A DNA stretch of 61,251 bases, filler included, from Dimargaris cristalligena (taxonomy: Eukaryota), in the NCBI GenBank assembly GCA_003614675.1. It is 2 parts of 2 records of this genome, joined end to end, with 100 filler letters (N's around TTAATTAATTAA, not from the genome) between each part and the next. Parts side by side here need not be neighbours in the genome. Positions count along the whole stretch, not along the records: positions 30,677 to 61,251 come from ML002455.1; 1 more part is not named here. One strand, 5' to 3'. Position 1 is the first letter of the stretch. Each line of letters opens with the position of its first letter. The notes beneath the pieces are model-generated. The model saw only the letters and a program-made list of their open reading frames with translations, made no database searches and was not told where the DNA came from. The position numbers and the translations under genes were made by a program. Positions 50,609 through 61,251 of the stretch are shown in pieces.

Positions 50609-51790
50609 TTACTCCTTGTGAACAAAGTCGAAACCCTTCTGGATGTTCTTCTTCAGTTCGGGGATGGCGGCCTGGAGGAGTTCCTGTTCGTAGGCGGTGA
50701 GCTCACCCAAACCGTTGATCTTTTCCACACCGTGGGGGCCGAGTTCGACCTGGGTGGAGAAGTATTCGACGCCATCCTTGGCCAGGACGTCGCTCTTGAC
50801 GTAGGTGGGTTCGGTGATGCCCTTGACGCCGTTGACGGTGGCGTCGAGCAGACTGTTGGTGAAGCGGGCCCCGGCGTAGGCCATGCTTAGGGTAGCGCTA
50901 CCGCCACCGTTCTTGGCCTTGACGACCTCGTCACCACCGAACTGGACGCGGTGGGTGAGGGCCTTGAGGTCGGACTCGTTCAGCTGGAGGCCGGGGGTCT
51001 GGGAGAAGACGGGGATGATGGTGACCCCGGAGTGACCACCCACGACGGTGATCTTGGTATCGAGGGGGCTGGAGTCCTGGTTCTCGGACACGAAGCGGGA
51101 GGCGCGGACGACATCGAGGGTGGTGACCCCGAAGACCCGACGGGGGTCGAAGACGTTGAACTTCTTGAAGACCTCGGCCACGATGGGGACGGTGGAGTTG
51201 ACGGGGTTGGCGATGACCAGAATGTGGGCCTTGGGGCAGTACTGGGCGCAGGCGGTGGCCAGGTCGCGCACAATACCGGCGTTGGTGTTGAACAGGTCGT
51301 CACGGCTCATACCGGGCTTGCGGGGAACCCCGGCGGGAATGACCACAATGTCGGCGTCGGTCAGGGCGTGCTTCAGACCGTCATTGTCGGGCAGGTGACC
51401 GGTGACCTTGGCGGGAGTGTTGATGTGAGACAGATCGGCGGCGACACCGGGGGTGTTGAACAGATCGTACAGGCTCAGGTGGGAAATGGTGGGGTTGGCC
51501 TTCAGCAGAAGGGACAGGGGCTGGCCAATACCACCGGCGGCACCGAGGACGGCGACCTTGGCGGCGTTCTGTTGAAGGTGGGGAAATGTGGATAAGGTAA
51601 GAATGAGCCGTGGATTCAAAATCAGTGGGGCTTGCTTAAGCAGTCTAGGCTGATCGGCGTTTGTGGATCCGGGTATATAGATATATGTGTGGGGTGGTTC
51701 GGCTTAAGCTGATTCTGAACATACCTGGTAGCTGGAGGTGGAGAAGGCGCGCTTGGAGGCGGCAGCGAATTGGCGGGAAACGAACAGCAT
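50609..51790 (-). CDS. MDH1: Mitochondrial malate dehydrogenase; exons 51790-51725, 51568-50609
   Basis: Presequence [20 protein letters not shown], and motifs [34 protein letters not shown] and VVGGHSG. Confidence 0.97.
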
Positions 51791-52925
51791 GGCGGTTGAC
51801 TGAAGTTAAATAAAGAAGGTAACGCAGGGTAGAATAATATGAACAGTAGAAGAAAGAGAGAGAGGCAAGGGTATCCAGGGTTGGGGGGGGTGGACCAGGC
51901 GGATATATAGAGAGGGGGGGAGTAGACCAAATAGCCTCTTTCCTTACCTGCTCCACCACCCCACCACACACACACACACTCATTCATAGATTGGGGCAAA
52001 GTTACGTTGACGGTGATAATCTAAGCCAGTCCCATCCACCGCCGGTTTCACCCATGTGCACACGAAACGGGCGCCGGTTTACTGGGGTAATTAAGGCGAG
52101 GGAAACCCTCCTCCCCACTAGTTCTAGTTGAGTATGCGCCAATAGGGCTGTGGTTAAGGAGCATGCTGCAGCATCATCATCATTTATCTATTGCCCAGGC
52201 GCGGTTGGGGTAATGAAGGGGCTATATACTGCTTTGCTATTATGGCTCTGGGAGTGGAATACACCAGCCGCTGAAACATCTGCTTAATTAACTAAATCTA
52301 TTCCTAATCGCGGCATTGCCGCTTATAATTCTTATTTGGCCCCTGCTCTCTATTTACCCGACTGCCCCGTGTTGCTGGATAAATAAAGGGACCATCCCTT
52401 CTGAAATCGATACTAACTAATCTATTCTATTTTTGATGTATCCAAAAGATAAGCATGCCTCAGGGTAAAAACATGGTTTAGTTACCATTGGCTATAGTCT
52501 AAGTTTCAGGCCAAACTTGCCTGCCTGGGCCGAAAGCTCAGCTACCCGCAGCAAAGTATCGATAGCCATCCCGAAGACGCAGTGGGTTCTATCCAGTTCT
52601 ACACATTCCGGGTTCTTTATCACCTACAATTAACATGGAAATCGATTGAGGCGATATACATTCTCAAGGGCCAGCGGAATTCACTTTAATTTGCAGCTCC
52701 ATCTTTTTAGTTACACGTCAGTTTTTACTAACAATATCACCACAGACTCTATATGTATGGGGGGGGGGCAAGCAGGGGACATAAGGCACATTTCCTATAA
52801 TTTTACCGCCCATAGCCAGGGTATTCGGGGTTACTGGAAGACGTCATCCGTAAACATATCCTACCATGCCTTCCATGATCGTACCCCCCCCCTCCCCACT
52901 TTGTGTGTAGTGTTCTCCTCTTCGC

Positions 52926-54475
52926 CTAGAGCTTATAGCCGGAGTGGATAGCCGCCACACCGAAGGTTAGATTCTCGTAGCCCTGGCCAACGGTGTAGAA
53001 CCCAGAATTACGAATGATTTGTGCGAACTGGTCTTGGGTGGGGAATTTGCGAATTGATTCCACCAAGTATTGGTACGAATCCCGGTCCGCCGCGATCAAT
53101 TGGCCTAGTGCTGGGATCACTTGGAACGAGTAGAGGTCGTAGAATCTGTTCAAGTCGTGGATTGCGGAGTTAATATATATATATATATATATTGATAGTA
53201 TGGAGGGGGGGACATACCCATAGTTAGAAAAGTAGCAGGTTCGGTTCAAAGAAAAGCATATAATCAATCACCCCTAGGGCTGAATGAAGGGGGAGTAGAT
53301 GGACCGACCATCGTCTAGATAGCTAATTGGACTTACTGGGAAATAAGGGGGTTATCAACGTGGCTAAATTCTAAACACATGAAGCGGCCTCCGGGCTTAA
53401 GTACCCGGTAGGCTTCCTGAACCACCCGGTCTACGTGGGTGCAGTTCCGGATGCCGAAGGCGATGGTGTAGGCGTCCATTGATTCCGAGGGGATATTCGC
53501 GAGGTTTTCGGCGTTGCCCACTTCAAGCGAGACCTGGGAGCCTATTATGATGGTGATTCCGATCCAAAGCAAGGCACAGAAAGGGTAAATGGTTCATTGG
53601 TATGCTGCATAAGAGGATTTCGGTCCCTGATAATAGATTGCCCGGATCGGGAGATTGGTTTGAATGTAGCTGGTAAATTATTGTTAGGGGAGGGCACTGG
53701 GTCATTTCCTAAGGTAACTTACGCAGGTCAAACGCGGTGTTCTTGAACCGCTGCCGACCGACCTCCACCATATCCGGATTAATGTCGACGAGGTGAACCT
53801 GGGCGGTGTGGTCCCGGTGGACCTGGTCACAGTAGTTGAGGAAGCGGAGCGCAATGTCCCCCGTGCCCCCGGCCACGTCGAGGAGTTTGGTGCCCGGGGG
53901 CGGGGCCAGGCGGCGGATGAAGGTATCCTTCCACAACCGATGAACCCCGGCACTCATGGCGTCGTTCATCACGTCGTATTTGGAGGCTACGTTGGAGAAT
54001 ACTTGGCCCACTAGGGATGGGCAACGGATCACACAGGTCCAATGATTTTTATGGGATATCCGGAGAAAGGGATAGCAAATGCAAAGCCAAGTTAGTGAGC
54101 CATTCACTATGCCCGAATCCTCCCTTTAATTCGACTGCAATTAAGTGGGTCGATGCAACTGTAGCGAGACTAATGACAGGGTTTCCGCCCTGGCCCGGTT
54201 CACTTACCCATGCGTTCTTTATCCATTTCCGGCACATCGCGGAAGCCGAAGTGAGTGAAGGGTTCGGTGGACGCCGGACTTGGATCTGGCTGAACCGATC
54301 CAGTGGCATAGGGGCCCGGGGAGTTGGAGTGTCCCGAGGGGTTGGTAAGAGCGGAGCCAGTCCAATGGAGAGAGCGGGCGAGCGAGGGAGGGGTGGTGGT
54401 GGCGACTGGTTTTGCGGTGGCCGAACAAAGGGCGGCGCAGCGCTGGGGAATGAGACGGGCAGATCGGGACCACAT
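52926..54475 (-). CDS. COQ5: Ubiquinone biosynthesis C-methyltransferase; exons 54475-54208, 54010-53723, 53541-53337, 53145-52926
   Basis: Motifs [54 protein letters not shown] and [13 protein letters not shown]. Confidence 0.96.
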
Positions 54476-55138
54476 GGTTTGAATAGAGCACGTTGGGATA
54501 TTGGAAGAGATAGTAGGAGGAAGTGGAGGAGGTACAATGGGGAAGTCAATGCAATAATAGGAAATCAGCCTCTGGTGCGGGACAAGGGCAAAAGGCAGGT
54601 CTACATAGGGGGAGAATACGAAGAAGGTGTGGCTGTGAGCTAGACGCAGTGCATGCGGTTATTACTACTTTGAAGAGGGGGACTGAGCTCAATAGCTGGC
54701 CCAGCTGCTGATCTTCCGGTCCAACCAAAGAATCCGCCCGTGGGACTGGAGGTTTAGGCTAAGTAGGCAGGTAGGTTACTCTACTCCGCAGATGGTCAAG
54801 TTTAGCCGATTCATCTTGGTAGCTCTTAGCATTGCTTTACTTCTATTTCTCCTTCCTTCGTTTCTTGCTACAATTTCCAAGTCCGTCGCGGTAGGTGACT
54901 CCGGCCCACAGAAGTACAATGTTCGAACAAACCGCTGCCTGCTGTCTATTTCAGGTGGATCCAGTTAGGCTAGATGGGACTCACGATTGCTAGCCACTTC
55001 TATGCCTACGAATGGTCCTCTCTCTCGCTCTGTACTCATCCACTCTTCCTTTCCCTTCACTTCCCTATTCCACCCCACCAGACCTTCAATTGGACACACA
55101 TACACCATACCCTCTTGGCCCTGCCTTACTCGCCCACC

Positions 55139-56026
55139 ATGCTATTCGGTATTAGAAACTCCGCCCTCCTGGCCCTGGCTACGCTGCTCGCTACCGTGGC
55201 CCCGCCCGCTGACGCCGTGACCCTGACCTACTGGGTCGGTGCCAACGAAAAGGCCTGCTTCTATACCAACGTCAACGAGGCCGGCAAAAAGCTCGGCTTC
55301 TACTTTGCGGTAAGTAGCCTCGCCGCCTTACTTATGTGATCATGGCGACTCCCACACCATTGTCTCTAGTCAGATAATCAATCACCCCTGTCGGTTTCCC
55401 TTACTCGCGCATACTATTCAACCACATCCCCGCGCTATCCGAAGTCTCTATACTATGTCCAACTGGTTATACTAATTGTGAGTGCCTTTTTTTTTGAATA
55501 CTTTTCAAAAAATATGAACCCCTCTTCCTTATCCCAAATCCCAACCCCCCAGGGCCAAGCCGGTGGCAACTTCGATATCGATTTCACCGTGACCAACCCG
55601 CGGGACCAGGTGATTCTCAGTGACGAAGCCCAGAAACAGGGCGACTATGTGCTCACCGGGAACCTTCCGGGTGAATACGCCTTCTGCTTCAGCAACGGCG
55701 TGGCCACGCGCGAGGACAAACTCATCGATTTTGACATTTCGGTGGAAGACGAATCGCGGGCGAAGCACACCCCGGATCACGAAAAAGCGGGTGAAGACGA
55801 CAAGGTCGACGAGTCACTCCATCTCATCGGCGCCGGCCTGGCCCGTGTCGAACGGGACCTCAAGTACTTTCGGACTCGTGAAAACCGCAACAAGAGCACG
55901 GTCCAGTCGACCCAGGAACGGGTATTCTACTTCGCCGTCATGGAAAGTGTCGCCATTTTCGCAGTGGCGGCCCTACAGGTGTTCGCCATCCGCACCCTCT
56001 TCAACACCAAAAAGACTCGCTTCTAA
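55139..56026 (+). CDS. p24/EMP24-GOLD family cargo receptor (Erp2/3/4-like); exons 55139-55309, 55553-56026
   Basis: Signal peptide, EKACFY, GGNFDIDF, GEYAFCFSN, KYFRTRENRN.STVQST, C-terminal TM helix and short tail. Confidence 0.92.
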
Positions 56027-57763
56027 ATGCCTTTTGCTTGTCATATGTTTTGTTTTATCTCTTGTCTTCATCATCCCCTGGCGCGGTCTTCCTCTTCTTT
56101 CACCATCTGCCCCCATCATGGCCTTTATTTATCCATGTGCGTGGGGGGAGGGCTTGCTATTACTTTGCCCTGTGGTCGATTACCACCGACCATCCCCGTG
56201 CTTATGGTGCTGAATGCTGGGTTGACCTAGCAAGAACTCTTCCACTACCCATCTCTATATGGGTTACCCAGTTTACCCAGGTGTTGGAACAGTCTGACGG
56301 TCCATATATAAATTCCGTTTAGCCCATTGTAGATTGTATCAAACACCCATGTAACGAAGTCCTGGGATATAACAGATAAATGGTCTGAGAATGTATATAT
56401 TATATGTGTATGTATGTGTGTGTGTGGATTACTTGGAAACCATCTCGATTTCTCAGGGTCACGAATTCGGCTTGTAACTAGATAGGTTATATTGACTGAT
56501 TCCTTTAAATTCCTAACCACCTACTTTTAACCAAAAGAGCTAGCTCAGCAACACCTGCTTGCCATTTAAATCCCCCCCCCCTGCTGCTGCACGAATACCC
56601 CGTGTTTTTTACCACATTGCTTGGTGTGACTTCCTCACCACCTACATCCCATACCCAGAGAGGCATTATTATCACACGTAGCCTTTCGATTTTGGGGTAG
56701 TGAATGGGGCAGCACATCCCCCCCCATTACCATCACCATCGGGCCACGCGCCTGAGGTATACGCCCAACCGGGAAGTCAGGCCCTGTTTTTTTTTAAATC
56801 AAGTGTCACCCCTATTTATATATTCATAAATATATATATATATATATATATACTTGTCGAACCCCCCAGCTCTCTCGTCTGTTGTGCGCATTTACCTCTT
56901 CATTGGATCCTGTTTGACAACTCACTTTTTGACAGCTACTCTAGTTTGTTGTATACTACTACTACTACTGGCCTTTGGGTTTTTTCTATCATACACTGGG
57001 GTATATGTTCCCCAGCTGCTCGGCCTACTCATATATATATATATATATTTGGAATCCCATTGGACCCCACCCCCCCCGACTTAGTGTCAGTAGCTTTGAC
57101 CTGGTCAGGTGCTTGATAAAACCATTCGTCGATTATTCCTAAACGTATACGGTGCGGTCTGGCCCAATTGAAGGACAAGGCCCTTCGAAAAGTCACAGAC
57201 GACCCTCTCCTCCGTGCTAGCATTCGAAAGAGTAAAGTCGTCGAAATATGTCCGATTTATTGATTGACTGACTGTTCGTTCATTCGCTTTACAAGCTCCG
57301 TAGCGGGTTATATACTCTTTGATACCTCCCTAACAGCATAACTTATATAGTACTTCCCACGTTGGCGTATCCACCTACAATTGGGGCTGTCATTTTCCCT
57401 GTTTTAAAAAAATACTCCGTTCCTTTTTCGGATTTCCACTCATTGGGAAGGTCAACAGACAACCGAACACTTTAGTTATTGCCTTATAGTACGCATTCCC
57501 TTTGGACGATTTCGTTATATCGACCTAATTGGCCTTTTCTGCCACCCGCTTAATCCTCTCCATTGCCACATATCTTCGCATTTCCCCCCGGTCGTCGTCC
57601 CTTGAGGGCACCGCCCAGTTACCACTCTTTGTATCAGCGTTCTTATCTATCTATTTATATATTTATCTCTCACACTCACCCGTACGCTCGTTCTCCCGAC
57701 CTTTTCTTTCAAAGACCCCCCCCCCCCTCCCACCATCTGACCTCCTCCGCTCCGGGCCGGGTC

Positions 57764-60700
57764 ATGGACGACAGTTTCCAGCTCAACAATAGCCTACTCA
57801 ATAGCCATTCGGAGCTTGAGGGCAGCCGGGTCGAAGGGGGACAGGGGCGGTTTTTCGCCAGCCTCAGTTCCATTCAGTCCATCACCGACTCCCAGAATGG
57901 GGTACTTCTGTCCCCTTCAGCGGACCAGGCCCTGATAAATGCGTTTACCCAGGGCCAACCGGTGTTACCCATCAGTGGTCCCATCTATGGGGCAGGGAGC
58001 GGCGGGGCCGGAGGAAGCGGGGGACTAATAATGGGGCTGGGCGGGGTTCAGTATTCCCTACCGCCTGAAGCTCAGGGAGGTGGAAGTATAGGTGGTGGAG
58101 GAGGAGGCCCGCGGGGTCGTCGGCTTTTTCCGACCGGCACGGCCCCGGGGACCGGTGGTGTGGTGAGGGGGTCCTTTTTACCGTCCCCGGCGACTGAGAT
58201 GGAGGAAGAGGAGGGTCTGGCTAGAGAAGCAGGGCGGACAGTGCAAGAGTTACAGCGGCAGCATCCACCGCCGGTATTCCCGCGGGAAGAAAGTACCGGC
58301 GAGCCTAGAGCCAACAGTGGCCTCAATGCGTCGGCCTTTCTCCAACGAATCGCTTCTTCCGCAGGGCTGGTGGCCCCCAGTCAGCTCCCTGACTCTGATT
58401 CAGACCACATGGTGATTGACCTGCCCTCTGCGTCTATACCTCTCCCTTCTCTCCCTTCCCCCCACCCGGCCTTTTCTTCGTCGTCGTCGTTATCTTTCCT
58501 CCCCTCCCATTCCCTAGCCGCTCGATTGGCCACCTCCCTCCCCTCCCGTTCGTCTAGTACCATCGTCACACCGCCGGATCCGCAGTCCTCACGCATCCTC
58601 TCGACTCTCATCCATAACCACTCCCGTCACTTGCGCCCCCCTCCCGTCGGCCGTCCCGCTTTCGCCTCCCTATCTGTATTCCAACCCCCTGCCCCGCCGG
58701 CCCCCGCCTCCCTTTTTTCGGCCCCGCTTTTCGTTCACCCCGAAGACGATACTGACCAGGATATGTTGCAAGCCCCACCCCCTACTACCGCCCCGGCCAG
58801 CTCCGACACCGCCGCCGGTAGCTCCTTAAACTGCGCGGAACTCCGTAAGTTTCCCCATTATTTTATAGTAGCCGAAAGCATATTCCGTATAGTTCGACGC
58901 CCCACTCCTTCCCCCCATTCTTTGGTAAAATTCACCGATACCCTAACTCATCCCACCCCCACTCCCCTGTCCCGCTTTTACCCATATAGTGCAATCGTTG
59001 GATCAAATGCATGACCAGGGTAAAACCGTCTCCTCCGTTTCTAAAGATGTTTGGGGGGTGCTGCTTTCGCTTAGCTCCAAGTACCCCACCTTTCAACTAA
59101 CCAAACGTACCGCCCAGACCGGCCAAAAGGGCGGCTACCTTCTGGGTCGTCACCGGGAGTGTGACATTCGGCTAGACCACCTGCAAATTAGCAACCGGCA
59201 TTGCCAAATCTACACCGTCCACACCGACGGGGTAGAAATTGTCTACATTGAAGATCTCAGCACCAATGGCACCTTCGTTAACGGTGTACGGCTGCGGCGT
59301 CACGATCAGCGTCGCCTGTATAACGACGATACCATCATGATGACCCTGGGTCAACCCGATGGCCCGGGCGGCGAGCCTCATAGCGACGAATCCTTCGTGT
59401 TCCAGGATGTAGCCGCGCTCCGGAACACCTTTGACAATCCCTCGGGGGGTCGAATAGTTTCCCCGGCGGAAGCTCCCCGGGCCCGATTCGACTGCAATTA
59501 TTTGCTCCTGCACTCCCTGGGCGCCGGTAGTTTCGCCGACGTTCACATCGCCGTCAATCGACTGACCGGCGAACAATTCGCGGTTAAAATCATCAACAAA
59601 AAACGGTTCCAACTCAATCCGCGGGTTATCCAGACCGCCCGCCTGGAATTCCAAATTCTGATGAGTATGAAACACCCCTGCGTCATTGCCATCCACGGCG
59701 TTTACGAAGAAGCCGATTCCTTGTACATGATCCTCGAGTACGCCCGGGACGGTGAACTATTCGACGAAATTATCCAGCGCCAGCAGTTCACCGAGCAGGA
59801 GTGCCGGGTGATATTCTTCCAGCTCTTTATGGCCATCAAATATTTACACGACCGGAACGTAGTCCACCGCGATTTGAAACCCGAGAATATTCTGCTGGCC
59901 GATAAGGAATCCCTCACCATCAAACTCACCGACTTTGGATTGGCCAAGGTGGTCACCGAAAACGCCTTTATGAAAACCCTGTGCGGTACTCCGAACTACG
60001 TGGCCCCCGAAGTGCTCGTACCGGGCCACCAACGGTCGTATTCCAAGGCCGTCGACATGTGGAGTCTGGGGGTCATTCTGTACATTTGTCTATGTGGTTA
60101 CCCGCCGTTCGCCGATGATTTTGCCCCACCGGCCATGCAGCACCAAATCAAGAACGCCATTTACCGCTTCTTACCACCCAAATGGGACCATATCTCGGAC
60201 GAGGCCAAGGATCTAGTGTCCCAACTGCTCCTCAAAGACTACGGGCAACGGTTGCCGGTTGAACAGGCCCTCCGCCACCCCTGGTTGAATGCCGCCTTCG
60301 ACGGGCAAAATTATACCCTTAACGGCCAGCCCTTCTCGATAGGGGCCAACGAAGTGTACGATTTGGAACAGCAGACCCAAACCGATACGCCCGCCCGGGA
60401 GACTAAACCCTTAGTAACTCCAAGCGGCAGCCAACCCATTTCATCCCCCGCCTGTGTTGGCAATTCGGCCGCCCCAGGCAGTAGGGCGGCTGCGGTTCCA
60501 TCAGCCGGTTCAAATGGCTCTAGCGGTGCCGGTCCCACCTCGGCGCTCGGGCTGACCAACACCTCAGCGGGTCAGCATCCCGTCTTTCCACCGCCGGTCG
60601 CGCACGGGTACTACCCAGAGGACGGGGACAGTCTCCAATCCATCAAACGCAAACGGGACGATTCGGCCTCGTCGAGCTTCAGCCTCCCATACAAACTACC

Positions 60701-61251
60701 CGCTGATTTCAATAACCACCGGTACCCCAGTGTCGAATCCCAGGGGTCGGCCAATTTATTCGCTTCCTCCCGTTATCCGCCTTGCCAACCCCCGTCGTCC
60801 TCTTCTCTATCGTCATCGCCCCAACCACAGCAACTACAACAGCACCACCACCAACAACCAAATGCATCGGTAACCTCGGGAGCGCTCGGGCTTGGATTGC
60901 CGTCGTTTGATTTACCCCATTTTGGTGGAGTGGGTAGCAGTATGATGTTGGAAAATAGTTTTAATCCAGAAACTTATTTTGGTTCACCGTCCATGGTTAT
61001 TCCTGGTGGTATAGGTGTTGGTAGCGGTAGCAGTAATGGCAGTGGCAGTGGCAGCGGCAGTATGCCTCTAGGTGAATCGCCTTCCGCTCTACCACCACCG
61101 ACTGCCGGTGCTTCACGCTCTGCGGGCCGGCATAGTGGGTCCCAAGACCAACATGATGTGATGATGCTCTCGTCTTCGACAGCGGCATCACCCTATAATC
61201 AAGGGAAACAAGGTCACGCGAAAAGTAAGGGTGGGCTGGTATATAATTACA
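57764..61251 (+). CDS. FHA-domain Ser/Thr kinase of the CHK2/Cds1/Rad53/Dun1 family, 3'-partial; exons 57764-58844, 58990->61251
   Basis: FHA motifs LLGRHRECD..ISNRHC..EDLSTNGTFVNG. Kinase motifs LGAGSFA, AVKII, HRDLKPENILL, DFG and TLCGTPNYVAPE. The frame is open to the window end, which would explain its absence from the ORF track. Confidence 0.9.

Noticed and set aside
50558-51595. Plus-strand ORFs over MDH1 (similar ones lie over FBP1, YPI1, COQ5 and the kinase)
   Set aside because: Antisense or alternative-frame shadows caused by strong C-ending codon bias.
50609-54475. Adjacent mitochondrial genes MDH1 and COQ5 as a functional cluster
   Set aside because: Two neighbouring housekeeping genes are expected by chance in a compact genome.

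Overview
Intron-rich eukaryotic DNA, most consistent with an early-diverging fungus (inference from GT-AG introns with CTRAY branch points, gene content and CCACC/CCGCC-ATG start contexts). I reconstructed mostly housekeeping genes by hand: an ACT-domain phosphoserine phosphatase, RIO1, a truncated SEC15, FBP1, YPI1, LSM4, MCM-BP, STM1/SERBP1, mitochondrial MDH, COQ5, a p24 protein and an FHA-kinase of the CHK2 family that runs off the window. There are also three uncharacterised secreted or membrane proteins, a decayed PD-(D/E)XK-like gene, a 144-bp inverted-repeat element family, CpG-stripped repeat tracts and an artificial contig linker at 30577-30676. The strongest unexplained signals are non-coding: (1) a ~1.4-1.9 kb ORF-free plus-strand region (28.7-30.6 kb) packed with G-U-rich helices and crossing long-range pairings, a candidate large structured RNA; (2) a C/D-box snoRNA candidate in the intron of a non-coding host gene; (3) a ~400-nt structured element in the STM1 5'UTR intron. 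All splice models and pairings were read by eye, and no database search or folding program was run.
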